DNA of 64,000 bases from a virus (lineage: Duplodnaviria; Caudoviricetes). The position numbers and the translations under genes are program-made. A model generated the notes under the pieces. That model worked only from the letters and a program-made list of their open reading frames with translations, had not been told where the DNA came from and did not search any database. Location of the stretch: IMG/VR virus record IMGVR_UViG_3300021431_004525, one strand, 5' to 3'. Shown one piece after another: positions 11,551-24,411 of this stretch. Position 1 is the stretch's first letter; each line of letters begins with the position of its first letter.

Positions 11551-12093
11551 TCAATCAGCCATCTTCTCTTTTTCTTCATTTTTCAAGACACATTCCTTTA
11601 TGATTTCCTCTGTAATAATATCATCATTGGCTTGGCTAAGTTTACTAAGTTTATAAACATCGAACTCTTTGGCAGAAAACTTGAACTGAATCCATTCCGG
11701 TTCATACTCACGATAATCAAGCCATGTTTTTGTTTCGTCCTTTTCAAGAACATACTTAACAAAACGCAGCAAGCGTTCACCGGCTTTCTTTGACTTTACA
11801 AATCCGGAAACATCATAATCGCTTACACCCCTTGAAGCCCAATACTCACCGCCACCTTCAGGACGTACATCAGGGGCAACGACCTTGATTTCATCCTTTT
11901 TGTCAAACTCGATACCGGCAACAAACCCCTTTCTTCCGCAACCGATAAATGTACCACATGGCTTATACTTGTGCCAACCCTCTCTGATAACAAATGGAAC
12001 TTCGGACGGGTCTTTGTGATTCAATTCACAATTACTGATTGCATCCACAATACCTTTATAGGCATCCTTTAATGAATAGATTTTTTCTTCCAT
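11551..12093 (-). CDS. hypothetical protein
   Basis: 180-aa ORF. Confidence 0.8.
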   Translation of the reverse strand: MEEKIYSLKDAYKGIVDAISNCELNHKDPSEVPFVIREGWHKYKPCGTFIGCGRKGFVAGIEFDKKDEIKVVAPDVRPEGGGEYWASRGVSDYDVSGFVKSKKAGERLLRFVKYVLEKDETKTWLDYREYEPEWIQFKFSAKEFDVYKLSKLSQANDDIITEEIIKECVLKNEEKEKMAD

Positions 12094-12104
12094 AAAAAAG
12101 TTGT

Positions 12105-12581
12105 TTAATATTTTCCGTTGGTAATCTCGTTATATCTGTTTTTTGCTTCTTCTTCGGTTTTAAACTGATTACCGGTCAAGAATAGCCATTTGTCACGCAT
12201 CTTGTTTTTGCCTATATAGGTAGCACAGATAACACCCTCTGTATTAATGAAATAATAACCATTTACAAGGACAATATCTCGTTCAGATACTATTTCACTA
12301 AAACCTCCATTGACTTCTTTTATTCTATATTTCTTAGAAGATGGTATAAACTCTGCGATACGGCAGAAATAAGTCCCCTTTGTATTTGAATAGAGAACAA
12401 ATGCACCAATATTATATTCCTGTTTATACTTACGGAAATACTCCGGATTATTGAAATTGATATCGAACACGCTACAATCAAAAGGAATACGTGACAAATT
12501 ATCCACATCAATTAATTCTCCTTTTCGGAAAATAATCTGACTACCTACTTTTACGCTATTAATGCACTCAACGATTTCCAT
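12105..12581 (-). CDS. hypothetical protein, paralog of 9618-9944
   Basis: 158-aa ORF behind promoter 12635. Confidence 0.8.
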   Translation of the reverse strand: MEIVECINSVKVGSQIIFRKGELIDVDNLSRIPFDCSVFDINFNNPEYFRKYKQEYNIGAFVLYSNTKGTYFCRIAEFIPSSKKYRIKEVNGGFSEIVSERDIVLVNGYYFINTEGVICATYIGKNKMRDKWLFLTGNQFKTEEEAKNRYNEITNGKY

Positions 12582-12705
12582 TCTAACCTGTTTTTATTTT
12601 GTTTGACTTGAAAGTTTATTTGTTATTTTCATAATGCAAAGGTACAAAATTATTTTGATTTGACCAAGGAAAATTAGTTATTTAACATAATTTTAACACC
12701 TTCTT

Positions 12706-12721
12706 GTACTCATTCGAGTAC
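12706..12721. repeat. 16-bp palindrome GTACTC-ATTY-GAGTAC (copy 1 of 6)
   Basis: Other copies at 23866, 41284, 48304, 48948, 49312, all intergenic. Confidence 0.9.
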
Positions 12722-15167
12722 GCCGGTTACTCTGTTGGTTGCAATTTGTTCACAAGTTCATCAAAACCACCTCTGAACACTTCTTTTCCCTCATTGCAGA
12801 TTGTTATCTCGCATTTATCCCTACGCTCATAGGTATCTCCAAATCCACTGAAAGCATTGACACTGATTTCCGAACCGCCAGATTGACACCCACTTGCATT
12901 GTCGATGAATAAAGTTGCATAACCAATATCGTCCTTTACTTGTGGATTACCGCCACGTTTTCCGGAGATTGCATATCCTAACCTACTCTGATTATCAAAC
13001 TTATGTGCTACGTCTTTATTTGTATATTTACTTGTCGAATTCATATTAATTTATTTTTGCTTTTCTTTGAGTGAAATAAGTTTTTTATAAACCCATTTAA
13101 TAAACCAAATAGTGACAACTGCCGGCCAAAATAGCCATACAGACATGGTTGCGGCATTTGCAATTGGTTCATCAATCTCCGTAACCTTTTTGCTTTCTCT
13201 GTCATAGTATATACATGCCACAACAAAGCCAACGATATAATAGATAATACCGACTATATCCATATTATTTGTCTTTTAAATCTTTCATTTTCACCCAACC
13301 AATAGGTAGATTATCAATAATCTCCGACTCCTTTTTAGCATCTTCCAGAACATCTTCATCATATTCCTCTGAATTATCAAGATACCACTGGTATTCCAAT
13401 CTCCGGTCTTTGAGGGTTTCGTCCGACACATTCACATAATCGTAATACAAGACAAATGCCTTAACAAATGCCATCCGTATTTCATCATCAGCGTATGAAA
13501 AGAAATGCAGTTCTCTTGTTAGAAAGTCGAAACTGAAACGCACCAACTCATTTCTCCATTTACCTTTGTCGAAAATATCCACAGAGGTATAATCAGGCGT
13601 ACCGGATAATTGTTCAACTCCGTACCCATAGTATTCAAAACTATTATTCAGCGGTGCATCCGCTTTGGTGATTTTATTTACCAATTTCTTCACCCATCCG
13701 TATGTGGGTTTCTTTTCCTTTGCCATATTATCAAAGACTTTCAATTACTTTTGCAACAATCCAACTACCATTTTTCATTGTAATGCTCATATAGCCCAAA
13801 TTCCATGGACATATTCTCTTAACTGCCATAAGGTCTAATGTATGCCACTCATTATCCAATCCCAAATATTTCAACATAAACCTTAATTGATTTTTATTAG
13901 TTATTACTCACCGGCATAGTAATCAAGTCCGGTGGTTTTAACGTAGTTCTTTGTTTCTCTTGTGATTCTCGATTTTTCCTTAGTGGTATTTGTGGCTGTG
14001 AAAATATCAAATGGTTCACCAAATACATCACAGGTATCTACATCTTCATATTCACCGGCGTAGACTGTGACCTCAATAACTTCTTCATCATTTTTAAACT
14101 GATTAGCAAGGGCAATTGCATCATCTGTTGCATCACCCTCATTGTAATAGTTTTTCAGACAATACATAGGTGTGACATCTTCACCGGTCTTGATGTTTAA
14201 TGCGCTGATAGTAAAGATATTCTGTTTTTTCATATCATTTAGAATTTATCAAAGATACCCATATCCTTACAAATCTTTTCCATGAGGGAAGCAATATGGC
14301 TATCATCCACACCTTTTTCACGTTGGATAGGATAACGTACATCACTTTCAACCTTAAACCACATGTTATACGACATCGCCCATTTACGTCTTTCATCGGG
14401 AATACCGGCACGGACGTTCTTAATCTCGCTATTGATGGTTTCTTCAAGTCCATTCTCTTTGATATACTTTTCAAGGCTTGAACGGACTTCATCATAATGA
14501 TGCTGTAACTTTAACTTTCCCATATTTTCTTACTTATTCTGATAGTGCAAAGGTACGAAAAATATTTGAAATAACAAAGGTTTTTCTTTATTTTAACTAA
14601 AGTTTAACACTTAGGTTTCAATAGTCCTCTCGTTCCATTCCACCGGATTGTGTCTATTGCCTTTTGTAGTCCGCGAAGATAATAGTACATTTCCCTTCCC
14701 GTAAGACACAAATCAGTACCGAAATTGCTTGCAGACATGCCACCACTTTCAAGACGTGTATAAAGGCTGTAACCGCCATTAGATTGGTATAAAACATACT
14801 GCTCCTTAGTTTGTCCGTTGATATTTTCAAGAATCGCCTTAAGCGTTTTTTCATTTATCTTATCCATTTTATTTAATTTTTTATTCTTTATAGTACAAAT
14901 GTAAAATATCAGCAAGGTTTGCTATTTCCTCAATAGTAAGTTCAGACTGGTAGTGAAGCGCATCATCACCCATGTCAAAACATAAACCTAATATTGGTGA
15001 ATATTCAACAAAATGAATTGTTATTGTTGAGTTGGCCATTCTATATCCCCAACAATCAAGGCTATGTTTACCAGTATCAGTAATGATACCATGTTTTAAC
15101 ACTAACTCTTTAATGTCAGTTATAATCTCATTACGAAGATTAAATACTTTTTCTGCAAAATTCATCT

Positions 15168-16199
15168 TTAATAGACCTTTATAGTATTCTTTAATACAAC
15201 ACCTTCAATATCATTTTGGCTTATAAACCTAAGTGTATCATAGGTTTTAACGGCATTTTCTCCCAATGCAACAATCTTCCAATCAGGTTCATGCCAACCT
15301 CCGGAAAGTATTTTATTTTTAGACAATCCGGTATTTTTAGAGATAATCTTCAATGCCTTATCTGTTATTTTACCCCAACCTTTATTCCAACTACTGGTTT
15401 CAACGCCTTTAATCGGTGTCTCAAGAGAATTAATAAGGAAATAAGCATACACCTCAAATTGTCCTTCCATGCCCTCAATGTATTTAGCAGCCAAGAGATA
15501 TGTTTCACCCTCATAATTGTAACCATAAGGGATTGAACGCTTATCATCAAACGTTTCCTCATACTCTTTAAACTCAATACGCAATTCCGTTATATCTGCA
15601 AGATTCTCTTCCGGTGTAGAAATATTCTTGAAGAACTTAATACCGAAATAGCGGCAGAAACGCATAAAAATACGGACAAACTTTTCATCTGAATAGTTAC
15701 TGCCACCATTCATTTTGCCATATTCCTCCGGTGTCAGCCAACGCAAGAACGGCTTTTCATCATGGCCTACGTTAATTTCCTCACCATCCTCATACTTGCG
15801 ATAGGTGTCCTCCCAACCAAGCAGAAAACCAATTTTGAAATTTGACGTACTATACTCTGTCTTTTTCTCTTTGATGTAAATTACCAAACCGCCATTGTTA
15901 TTGTCACCATAGTCAAAGACACGCACAATACTTGCAAAATTGTCTGGGTCAACATCTTCCAACACCTTTGTCGGTACTTCATCTGTGCAATCATAGAAAC
16001 TACTACTTGTGGCTACTGCCGCCGGAGTAAGGAATGAATAACCCTTTTTCCATGTGTCCTTATGGTAATCCTGAAAGAACATATCCATCAAAGCCATATA
16101 CATCACCCGACCAAAACCCCACTGATGGTGAAGAAATGTAACCTTACGTTCCTTTTTGTTATTCTCCTTGATAACCAATACTTGTGTTCTCTGACCCAT
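15168..16199 (-). CDS. hypothetical protein
   Basis: 343-aa ORF with N-terminal MGQRTQ...HHQWG. Confidence 0.85.
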   Translation of the reverse strand: MGQRTQVLVIKENNKKERKVTFLHHQWGFGRVMYMALMDMFFQDYHKDTWKKGYSFLTPAAVATSSSFYDCTDEVPTKVLEDVDPDNFASIVRVFDYGDNNNGGLVIYIKEKKTEYSTSNFKIGFLLGWEDTYRKYEDGEEINVGHDEKPFLRWLTPEEYGKMNGGSNYSDEKFVRIFMRFCRYFGIKFFKNISTPEENLADITELRIEFKEYEETFDDKRSIPYGYNYEGETYLLAAKYIEGMEGQFEVYAYFLINSLETPIKGVETSSWNKGWGKITDKALKIISKNTGLSKNKILSGGWHEPDWKIVALGENAVKTYDTLRFISQNDIEGVVLKNTIKVY

Positions 16200-17652
16200 A
16201 ACTTCTATCTTTATATTGATTCATATTTATTTTGCATCCTCTATTGTATAGTCTTGTACCTCATGCTCAACGACCATGACATTTGCATCGTCACCGGTAG
16301 CATAGCAATCTACATAGTCCATAATATCATCCACATCGTTAATGTCAGTATCAACGATAACACGCATTGTAACGTTAAGATAAATTTTACTCATTGTTAT
16401 ATTATTTTATGTTAATCAAATTCAACTTCTTCGCCAATTAACTCATGTGCTTCATATATAGCACTTATTTCACCAGAAGAATCAATTGCATCTACAATTT
16501 CATAAGCATAATCATCTATTTCACCGGTCTTTTCAATCCGGTCTTTCAACTGCTCAATTAATTTTTGATTTCTTTCTGTCATGTCTTGTATAATTTACAA
16601 CCATTTTCACTTGTAATTGACAAATACAACCTTAATCGGTTGTAATCTGCTTAAGATACTCATTGATAATCTCCTTGCACCGGTTCTTAACGTCCTCTGT
16701 CAGAATGGCAGTGTCTGTATCAAGATAGTCACCGCTTTCCTTCTCAAAGTAACTTACATTGAAATGCCAACTATCTTCATCGAGCCAGTATTCGGCTTGA
16801 ATATCCTTAGTGACGTTTTTATCTTCTTCGTCAGGGATAGTTTCAAACGAAAGAATACATGTATCATCATCGAGCATTTCAACACACTCAACAACAAGGT
16901 TTCCCACCTTAGTTCCTCTGAAATCATTAATCTCTGCCATAACTCTTACTTGTTTAATTTTGGTGGTGCAAAGTTACAAATAATTTCTGAAACTACCAAA
17001 CGTTTTACCGACTTTAACACTTTTTTAGCACTTTACGCTGCAATAGCCTTGATGATAACAAGTTCATCGAACAAAGTAAGATTTACCTCGATATCGTCAT
17101 AATGTTTCCAACTATTTGGTTTATCTGTGAAACTATCTATATCCACAATGGTGTTCCACACATACTTGCATTTAAGCATGGCCGCACAAATATCATGGGT
17201 AGATAATGTTGTCGTAAGGAACAAAGTATGCGTTTTCTTGTTCCGCTTATTCCTTTTGAAACCGGTAACACTATAATGATGTAACATAACGACAAACTTT
17301 TATTTATTATTTCTGTTCTTAATACGTTCTAAAAGTGCATCAGCATACACAAATCTAATATAAGAAGGACAACTACCATCACTCTTACAGAAATACCCAT
17401 CTTTGAAAAGATGCGGATAAACGTCCAGCACTCTTTTAATTGCCTTATTAAAGTAGGAACTATTATTAGTGTCAACTTGCACTTCTACATCATAAGGGCA
17501 TACCATTATAGGATATACCTCTGTCGAACTACCAGAAATCCATGTATAATCAATGATATGCTTTTGTATGACATTATTAGACAAGCAAGCCTCATATATA
17601 TCCCTTGCTATTTTGTCTTTTATTTCGGACAAATCTATTTTATACATAACTT

Positions 17653-18180
17653 TTACAATATTGAATTAGTAATTACAAAGTCACCGATAAGCAGTCTTGC
17701 AGTATCATCCCAAATGGCGCGCTCATTAGGATAATAGTCACGAAGCCAATCAATAATGTCACCATACATAGTTTGGCCGGAATTGAGAATAGTTGTTCTT
17801 TTCTTTCCGTAAATCTTTGTACGTCCTTTATTCAGAAGGGATAATTCACCTTTGACCTTTTCAAACAACTCCTTTGCAGTCATAGAACCTTTGAGTTTTC
17901 TTGTACGTTCTACCTCAATGGTTTTCTGATAGTCGTAGATAATATTGATATCATACTTGACCTCAATCTCTTTTCTGGGCGTTCCTGTAGGCTCTGTAAT
18001 CTCGACCTCATGCGAGAATACGGCAAAACCCCAAATATCACACACTTTTTCATTGCTCATATCCTCTTTGTAGCAATCGCCCAAAGATGCAAATTCACGG
18101 ATTCCCTTCATACATTCCTCAATAGATGTAAGGTTGTGAAGAACGTCCAACTTTTTAAAATCAAAAACTGAATATAACAT
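17653..18180 (-). CDS. hypothetical protein
   Basis: Start trimmed, because the track start MYLCI is just the promoter box read in frame. Confidence 0.8.
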   Translation of the reverse strand: MLYSVFDFKKLDVLHNLTSIEECMKGIREFASLGDCYKEDMSNEKVCDIWGFAVFSHEVEITEPTGTPRKEIEVKYDINIIYDYQKTIEVERTRKLKGSMTAKELFEKVKGELSLLNKGRTKIYGKKRTTILNSGQTMYGDIIDWLRDYYPNERAIWDDTARLLIGDFVITNSIL

Positions 18181-18642
18181 AACTCTAAAATTTAATTGTT
18201 TAACTTGTTTCTTAAATCTGATGCAAAGATACAATAAAAAAACGAATTATCCAAACTATTTTACTTAATAATTGTGAATAATTCGTTAAAAAATGTTAAT
18301 CAGATAATTTTCTTCATCAAAAGCAACCGGTGCATACGTCTGTAGGCCGTCAATCTGTCTATACATTTCACCTCAAATAAGAATATAGTTTCGTCTTTGA
18401 TGAAACGTATATATTTTACATACACCATCTTTTCTACCGAAGGTAAATTTATTTCACCCTCTGCCAAATACCACTGATATCCATCGTAATGTATAACTCT
18501 GGGAATACAACGCTCCGGATAGAAGATGTATAGAACGGCTCTGAAAATCTTTTTCTTAATCTTAGTTAATAATTTCATATTATCTTATTTTTATATTTAA
18601 CACATTTGTGTGAATAATTGCTGCCAATCAGTAGATTTATTT

Positions 18643-19326
18643 TTAGTAGAGTTTATAATCAAATGGATTACGTCCGGCTTCACCCCACTTCTTGATGGTG
18701 TTCACACATTCCTCTAACTTACCCATAGTCTTGGCAATCTTAACCGGAGACTGAGAGAAAAGTTGGTGCTTAAAGCCTAATTCTCTTGGTGTCTTACCAC
18801 CGAGCATACGACCCTCATAGACCGGCTGACCCTTGAACAGACGGATAGTAATTTCACGATTCTTGCTAACCTTATTGATAAGGTTGTTAAGGGCAATCTT
18901 CATATCGTCCAACTTCCAAGACAGCTGGATGGCGAAATCGTAAATCTCGTTCTCCTTCTTCTTGCCACATTCGTGCATAACGTTGATGATACGCTCGACC
19001 TCACGATACTTCGACTGATAAGCGGAATACTCCTTGCTATAAGGCTTCATAATCTGCTCTGAAACAATGCCGTAGGAGCGATATGCGTGACCATAGAACA
19101 CCGATAAGGACTTGAAGGGTGCAGCACTCTTAATCAGTTTCTCAACCTCCTCTGCAAGGATTGAAATGTCCTTATGATTACCAACGGTAGACTCTTCGCC
19201 GGTTCTGCGAACACGCTTCTTAGCAACTTTCTTTGGCTTCAGCGACTTCTTATAGTCAGCCATAGTCATTTTAACACCGTTAACTGTGATGTACTGCGTC
19301 TTGTCGAAATCAGATATTCCTGCCAT
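18643..19326 (-). CDS. basic hypothetical protein
   Basis: 227 aa, own promoter at 19368, GC-richer codons. Confidence 0.85.
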   Translation of the reverse strand: MAGISDFDKTQYITVNGVKMTMADYKKSLKPKKVAKKRVRRTGEESTVGNHKDISILAEEVEKLIKSAAPFKSLSVFYGHAYRSYGIVSEQIMKPYSKEYSAYQSKYREVERIINVMHECGKKKENEIYDFAIQLSWKLDDMKIALNNLINKVSKNREITIRLFKGQPVYEGRMLGGKTPRELGFKHQLFSQSPVKIAKTMGKLEECVNTIKKWGEAGRNPFDYKLY

Positions 19327-21196
19327 AATTGTAATTTTTAAATGTTTATACTTTGTTTATTTTGATAGTGCAAAGGTACGGCAAAAATTTGAATCTACCA
19401 AACTTTTTCTGTTAATAAAGGCAAAGAATCTGTTAAAAAATGTTTAGCCTTCTAAAAGTTGTGATTTATAATCATTCAATTCCTTCTTAATGTTATCTAT
19501 TTCCTCTTTAAGTGTCTGGATTTGCTTGTCTTGTTCCTCATTTCTTACACGCTCAATAGATATAAGACAAAGAACAATAAAAAACAATCCGGCAGTAAAG
19601 CCACCTATATAGTCAACAGCCATATAGCAACCCAACCCATACAATAAGAATATAAATAAATTCTTTAAACTATATTCCTTAAACATAACTCAATATTAAT
19701 TAGTTTTTAATACTCCCATCCGCATAAAGGTTTCCGGCCAATCTTTCCACCTTGTTCATCATCTGATATTTTCTTTCCTTTTAAACGGATATACTTATTG
19801 ACTTGTTTTTTAAGCCAACGTCTGGAATGTGAAAGATGCCTCCACGGATTATCCATGTTTCCATCTTTCTTCCACCAATATTCAAGATGTTCAATCTGTT
19901 CTCTTGTTAATGCCATATTAATAAGGACAATTAATACTATCTAAATAGTTTAACATTTTCTCTGATGTATTGCACGCATATTCATTTCGTTCATCAAACC
20001 AACCGGTTTTAGCGTTTTCTGCCAATATCTTGATATAAGCCATACACAATTTGAACATGTTAGACTGCAAAGTCCGGTGGTCACTTGCCATACGTTCTGC
20101 GGCCTTACGCTCATTGTGACTGCAATTATTCACATAGTCCGAAAAGAAACGTGCAAATACATCATCATTGGTTTCACCACTGCGAGGACAAAGTGTAGAC
20201 TTGAAACGCTCATAGACCTTTTTCATAAGGAACTCACGACCCATATCTGTGACATCGTGGTCTCCTTCAAGCAGTTCAACAATCTGGCCGTTGTTCAACT
20301 CATAGTCCTCATACTCTCTACCATTCAATTCAAACTTCATATTTAATACTTTTTAAATTGTTTTATGCCAAACCGGAAGATAACCATTATCCAAGTGTTC
20401 CTCACCGGAAATTAAATTGACAAATTCCTCAAAATCTTTCTTTGATTCAGTTTTCCAAAAATAACCAAGAGGTGCATCATATTCATCAAGCCATAATGAC
20501 CAATGACCAATACAACCATTATCCATTAATTTAATTCTATCCTGACAGATTTCATTACCGTCATCGACCATTTCATGTCCGGAATAGATATAGTCAATCA
20601 TTTCCTTTGCGGAAGAAAAATGGTACTTTTCAAGATGCTCAAGGTGTTCTACCTCTTTTTTAATTTTTTCGGCATACTCCTTAATTTTCTTCTTATAGAG
20701 TGCTTCTTCTGACATTTGAGATTCCACACCCATTTCGTCCATCATGTTCTGCCAATTATTTTTGGACTTTTCTGACATTTTAAACTCCATAGTAGATTTC
20801 CTTTTGAATTATAGTGCAAAGATAATAAAAAAAGTTGAGACTACCAAGGATAATTTCAACTTTAACATTATTTTAACGCTTATTCTTTAATAAATCCATT
20901 TTTCACACACCAGTCATATAGACCTTGCAATGCTTCGTTTGGTGTTTTACCATAGGCAAACGCATTATTATATGGCGGTTCTGTTGCATCCGGATTAAGG
21001 CATACAAAATTTCCCTCTGTACCATAGGAGGCTAACCAATCTTTTCCATCATTATGAAGATATAGCCACCCAATATCACCACCTTCCTTATTGTCTGTCT
21101 TATAAGCGACTACATTACCATCTTTATCCAGTACCTTATTACGACCAATATGGGATGGTAACTTTAAAAGTAATTCATCTGTCGACATGTCAAATA

Positions 21197-21700
21197 TTAT
21201 CTAATTTTTACTATCTTAACTTTTGTTTTCTTGAAATTTTTCTCACCGGCATGTTGCAATATATCTATGTAATGATTAAACCTCTTATTCATGGTGTCTC
21301 GCACTTCATAATACCCATGTCCTTCTATATGTACCACACTCCCTAAAGGAATGTATTTAAGCAAATCCCTGCTCACGGCACAATACTTAATCTCACCCTT
21401 TTTGAGTTTATTCAAATCTATTTTTGTTCCATCGGCAGTTACAAGTGGGTCATTATCACATTGTGATTCCACCGGATTATATGTTGTAAGTGTAACATGT
21501 GTAGTGAAACGTCCGGAATTATTGACTTTTTTCAGACTATCAGTCTTGACTTGAATACTATCTGTTACCGGTTTATCATTGATAGGTTTTCCGGTCTGCT
21601 CTTGCGTCTGATACAGAGAAAGCATAAACATAAACATAAGCATGTAAATGAAAACCACATTTGTGAGAGCGAATAGTATATACACAAAGAAATTCTTCAT
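21197..21700 (-). CDS. membrane-anchored 3D-domain (MltA-like) peptidoglycan-active protein
   Basis: N-terminal TM segment. TYNP..QCD.DPLVTADG, CAVSRD, YEVRDTM, IDI motifs. Confidence 0.85.
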   Translation of the reverse strand: MKNFFVYILFALTNVVFIYMLMFMFMLSLYQTQEQTGKPINDKPVTDSIQVKTDSLKKVNNSGRFTTHVTLTTYNPVESQCDNDPLVTADGTKIDLNKLKKGEIKYCAVSRDLLKYIPLGSVVHIEGHGYYEVRDTMNKRFNHYIDILQHAGEKNFKKTKVKIVKIR

Positions 21701-22355
21701 ATTAATTAATTTTTAGTGTAACAAACAATAACGTAACGTATTTCTCTCCTTACCACAACTTACTCACTCCAAGTTTTATTTGAAACAATATCAGCCTTAT
21801 TCTTATAATCCTCAATGGCAACATAATCATTCTTGAAAGTAGTTCCATCATACTCCGGAGAATATGCGAAAACAATCTCCTGATATACTTTCTCTTTATG
21901 CTTGTTTTCCTCATGCCAGAAACGATGTGCCGTAATATCAAACAAGAATGTTGAGATAATTACCGGTTCACACTTGACCACATATTTAGTGTTGATGGTC
22001 TTGTTTCGACCTTTGTAATCTTCAAGAGACACAAGTTGATGGCTTCCTTCCGGTACTGCTTCCGCAAAAAATTCATTCCAATTAGAGCCACCCATGCCAC
22101 CACCACAAGACATCTTGACACGATAGCCGACCTTTTCAGAACTATTGACGAACTTTGAAGGTGCGCAAGGCAAACCAATCTCAATCAAATTCCTTTTCAT
22201 ATTAATTGATTTTTTAAGTGTTTATATTTTATTTATTTTGATGGTACAAAGGTACAAATAATTTCTAAATTACCCAAATATTTTCACCACTTTAACACAA
22301 ATTTAACACTACGCGGCAGAATGATTGATACCAAGTGTCTGTAATTCATATAATT

Positions 22356-23772
22356 CTTTCAAGGAAACTCCATCCTTTAGGGTGGAGAGGAATTGAAAGT
22401 GGTCTTTTATTATTAAACTTATTTATTTTTTCATTTGCAAATTTACAATGTTTTCGGCAGAAAACAAAATATTTTTTGCAAAAAATATTTAATTATTGAT
22501 ATTTTTTATATTTATTAACATATTTATATATAAATTACGTTCACGACGTGAACAATACATAAATAAAATGATACTGACGTATAACATACAACTGCAACCG
22601 GATAAAACCACATATGACTACTGGGTTTCACTCCTTACAGATACTGCAAAAGCATACGACCTTTGCAGCGGCCTGCTTGCAGATAACAATACACCACTTA
22701 CCATCAAGTCAGTACATAATACATGCTATAACGTGGTACGTGAACAATTCCCCAACCTACCGGCACAATCCGTAATACGTGTACAAAAAGAAGCAATGTC
22801 CGCACTAAGAAGCAGAAAAGGCAACAAGCATAACGGAGATAAGCCAACAAAACATAACTTATCTCTCACACTCGATAAACGCATGTATTCAAGGCTTACA
22901 CCGGAAAACATTGCAATATGCGGAGGCATAAAGGGAAAACGCACCACCGTACCATTCGTCACCTACGACAAGGAAAAACAGATGTTTTCCATGTATAAGC
23001 CGTGTGACCCATTATTATTCCTACGTAGCAATACCCTATGGCTTTCTGTACCATTTAATGTACCGGATACCGTAGTATGCAATGACAACTCCATCGGTGT
23101 GGACTTGGGTATGAAACGTCTATTCGTCACATCTGAAGGTAATGCCTTCGTGGATAAGGAATACCTTCGTAATCGTAGAAAACTGCGTTACCTTAAACGC
23201 TGTTTGCAGAGTAAAGGTACTAAATCCGCAAAGAGACATTTGAAAAAAGTATCACGTAGGGAACGTAATATGTCAAGAGATATGCAGAACCGTGCGGTTC
23301 TTGCATTGATTGAATCCACCGATGCCGGTGTGATTGTAATGGAGGATTTAAGCAAGATTAAGAAAAACACGTCAAAGAGCAATGACGGATTTAAACGTAA
23401 GCGTCACAACAACGCAATTGCGCAAGTGCCGTTTGCGGAGTTCAAGACACGACTGACCAACAAGGCACACCTTTTCGGCAAGGAGGTGAAAACAGTTTCT
23501 CCGGTTTACACCAGTCAAACAGATTGCAGGAATGACAAGCGTAATGGCAAGCGTAATGGTTGCCGTTACTACTGCAAGGATGGTTTGGTATTGGATGCAG
23601 ACTGGAACGCAGCAGTCAACATAGCCAAGAAAGGCAAACACCCGTTTTCGAATATTCTTCCAGTCGACGGAAGGCTTAGGTTCTTAAACGGCAGGGTTTC
23701 GTCAATAACCCAATTGTCTGCATCCCTTAATGGGAACGGACAAGCCCCTCACTTTAGGGAGGGGTAATTGAC
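22356..23772 (+). mobile_element. IS200/IS605-family TnpB-only (IS1341-like) element
   Basis: Related subterminal hairpins CTCCATCC-TTTA-GGGTGGAG (left) and CCCCTCAC-TTTA-GGGAGGGG followed by TAATTGAC (right) flank tnpB. No tnpA. Exact ends uncertain. Confidence 0.8.
22568..23767 (+). CDS. tnpB: TnpB RNA-guided endonuclease
   Basis: RuvC I GVDLG, RuvC II VMEDL, YTSQT, RuvC III DADWNAAVNI. Start trimmed to ATG 22568. Confidence 0.92.
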   Translation: MILTYNIQLQPDKTTYDYWVSLLTDTAKAYDLCSGLLADNNTPLTIKSVHNTCYNVVREQFPNLPAQSVIRVQKEAMSALRSRKGNKHNGDKPTKHNLSLTLDKRMYSRLTPENIAICGGIKGKRTTVPFVTYDKEKQMFSMYKPCDPLLFLRSNTLWLSVPFNVPDTVVCNDNSIGVDLGMKRLFVTSEGNAFVDKEYLRNRRKLRYLKRCLQSKGTKSAKRHLKKVSRRERNMSRDMQNRAVLALIESTDAGVIVMEDLSKIKKNTSKSNDGFKRKRHNNAIAQVPFAEFKTRLTNKAHLFGKEVKTVSPVYTSQTDCRNDKRNGKRNGCRYYCKDGLVLDADWNAAVNIAKKGKHPFSNILPVDGRLRFLNGRVSSITQLSASLNGNGQAPHFREG

Positions 23773-24411
23773 ATATTAAACATTGAATAATAAAAAAGTA
23801 TGCTATATCATACATAATTTCAAACAACTGGGAAATTACATATAACATAGCATAGGCCTATATACGTACTCATTCGAGTACATTAGTAATCATCGACATC
23901 TAATTCTTCCATGCCATGTAACCAGTCATTATATCTTTCCGCTATCGGCATAGTGACATATAATTCATCGGTTGTACCGCCATATTGTTGCCAACTCTCA
24001 TAACAACGTTCAATGTAGATAACAGAACCGGTATTTAACTTTACCTTAATTTTTCTCCGTTTAGGCTGATTCACATACAGAAACTCAACCTTAGTTACTT
24101 TAATTTCATCATCTTTTCTTGCCATACTACGCTACTTCTTTAAGTTCATATCCATAGCCACGGAGCAGAATTTCCGGATTATCCTCACCTGAAATCCATT
24201 GACCGCAAAAATCAAGGCAGGCTTCATCCTTGGCTTCCAAATCTGTCCAGACTATTCCCTTGTCCTCGCACTGCTTATCAAACATGTCTGAAAGCATTGC
24301 CAACTCTCCGTATGATGGTTGTCTTTCCATGATTTATGTTTTTAAATAAATTAATCTTCAATCTACTTGTTTACCGGTTCCTTATTATTCATTTTTTGTC
24401 AGTCCAATTTA

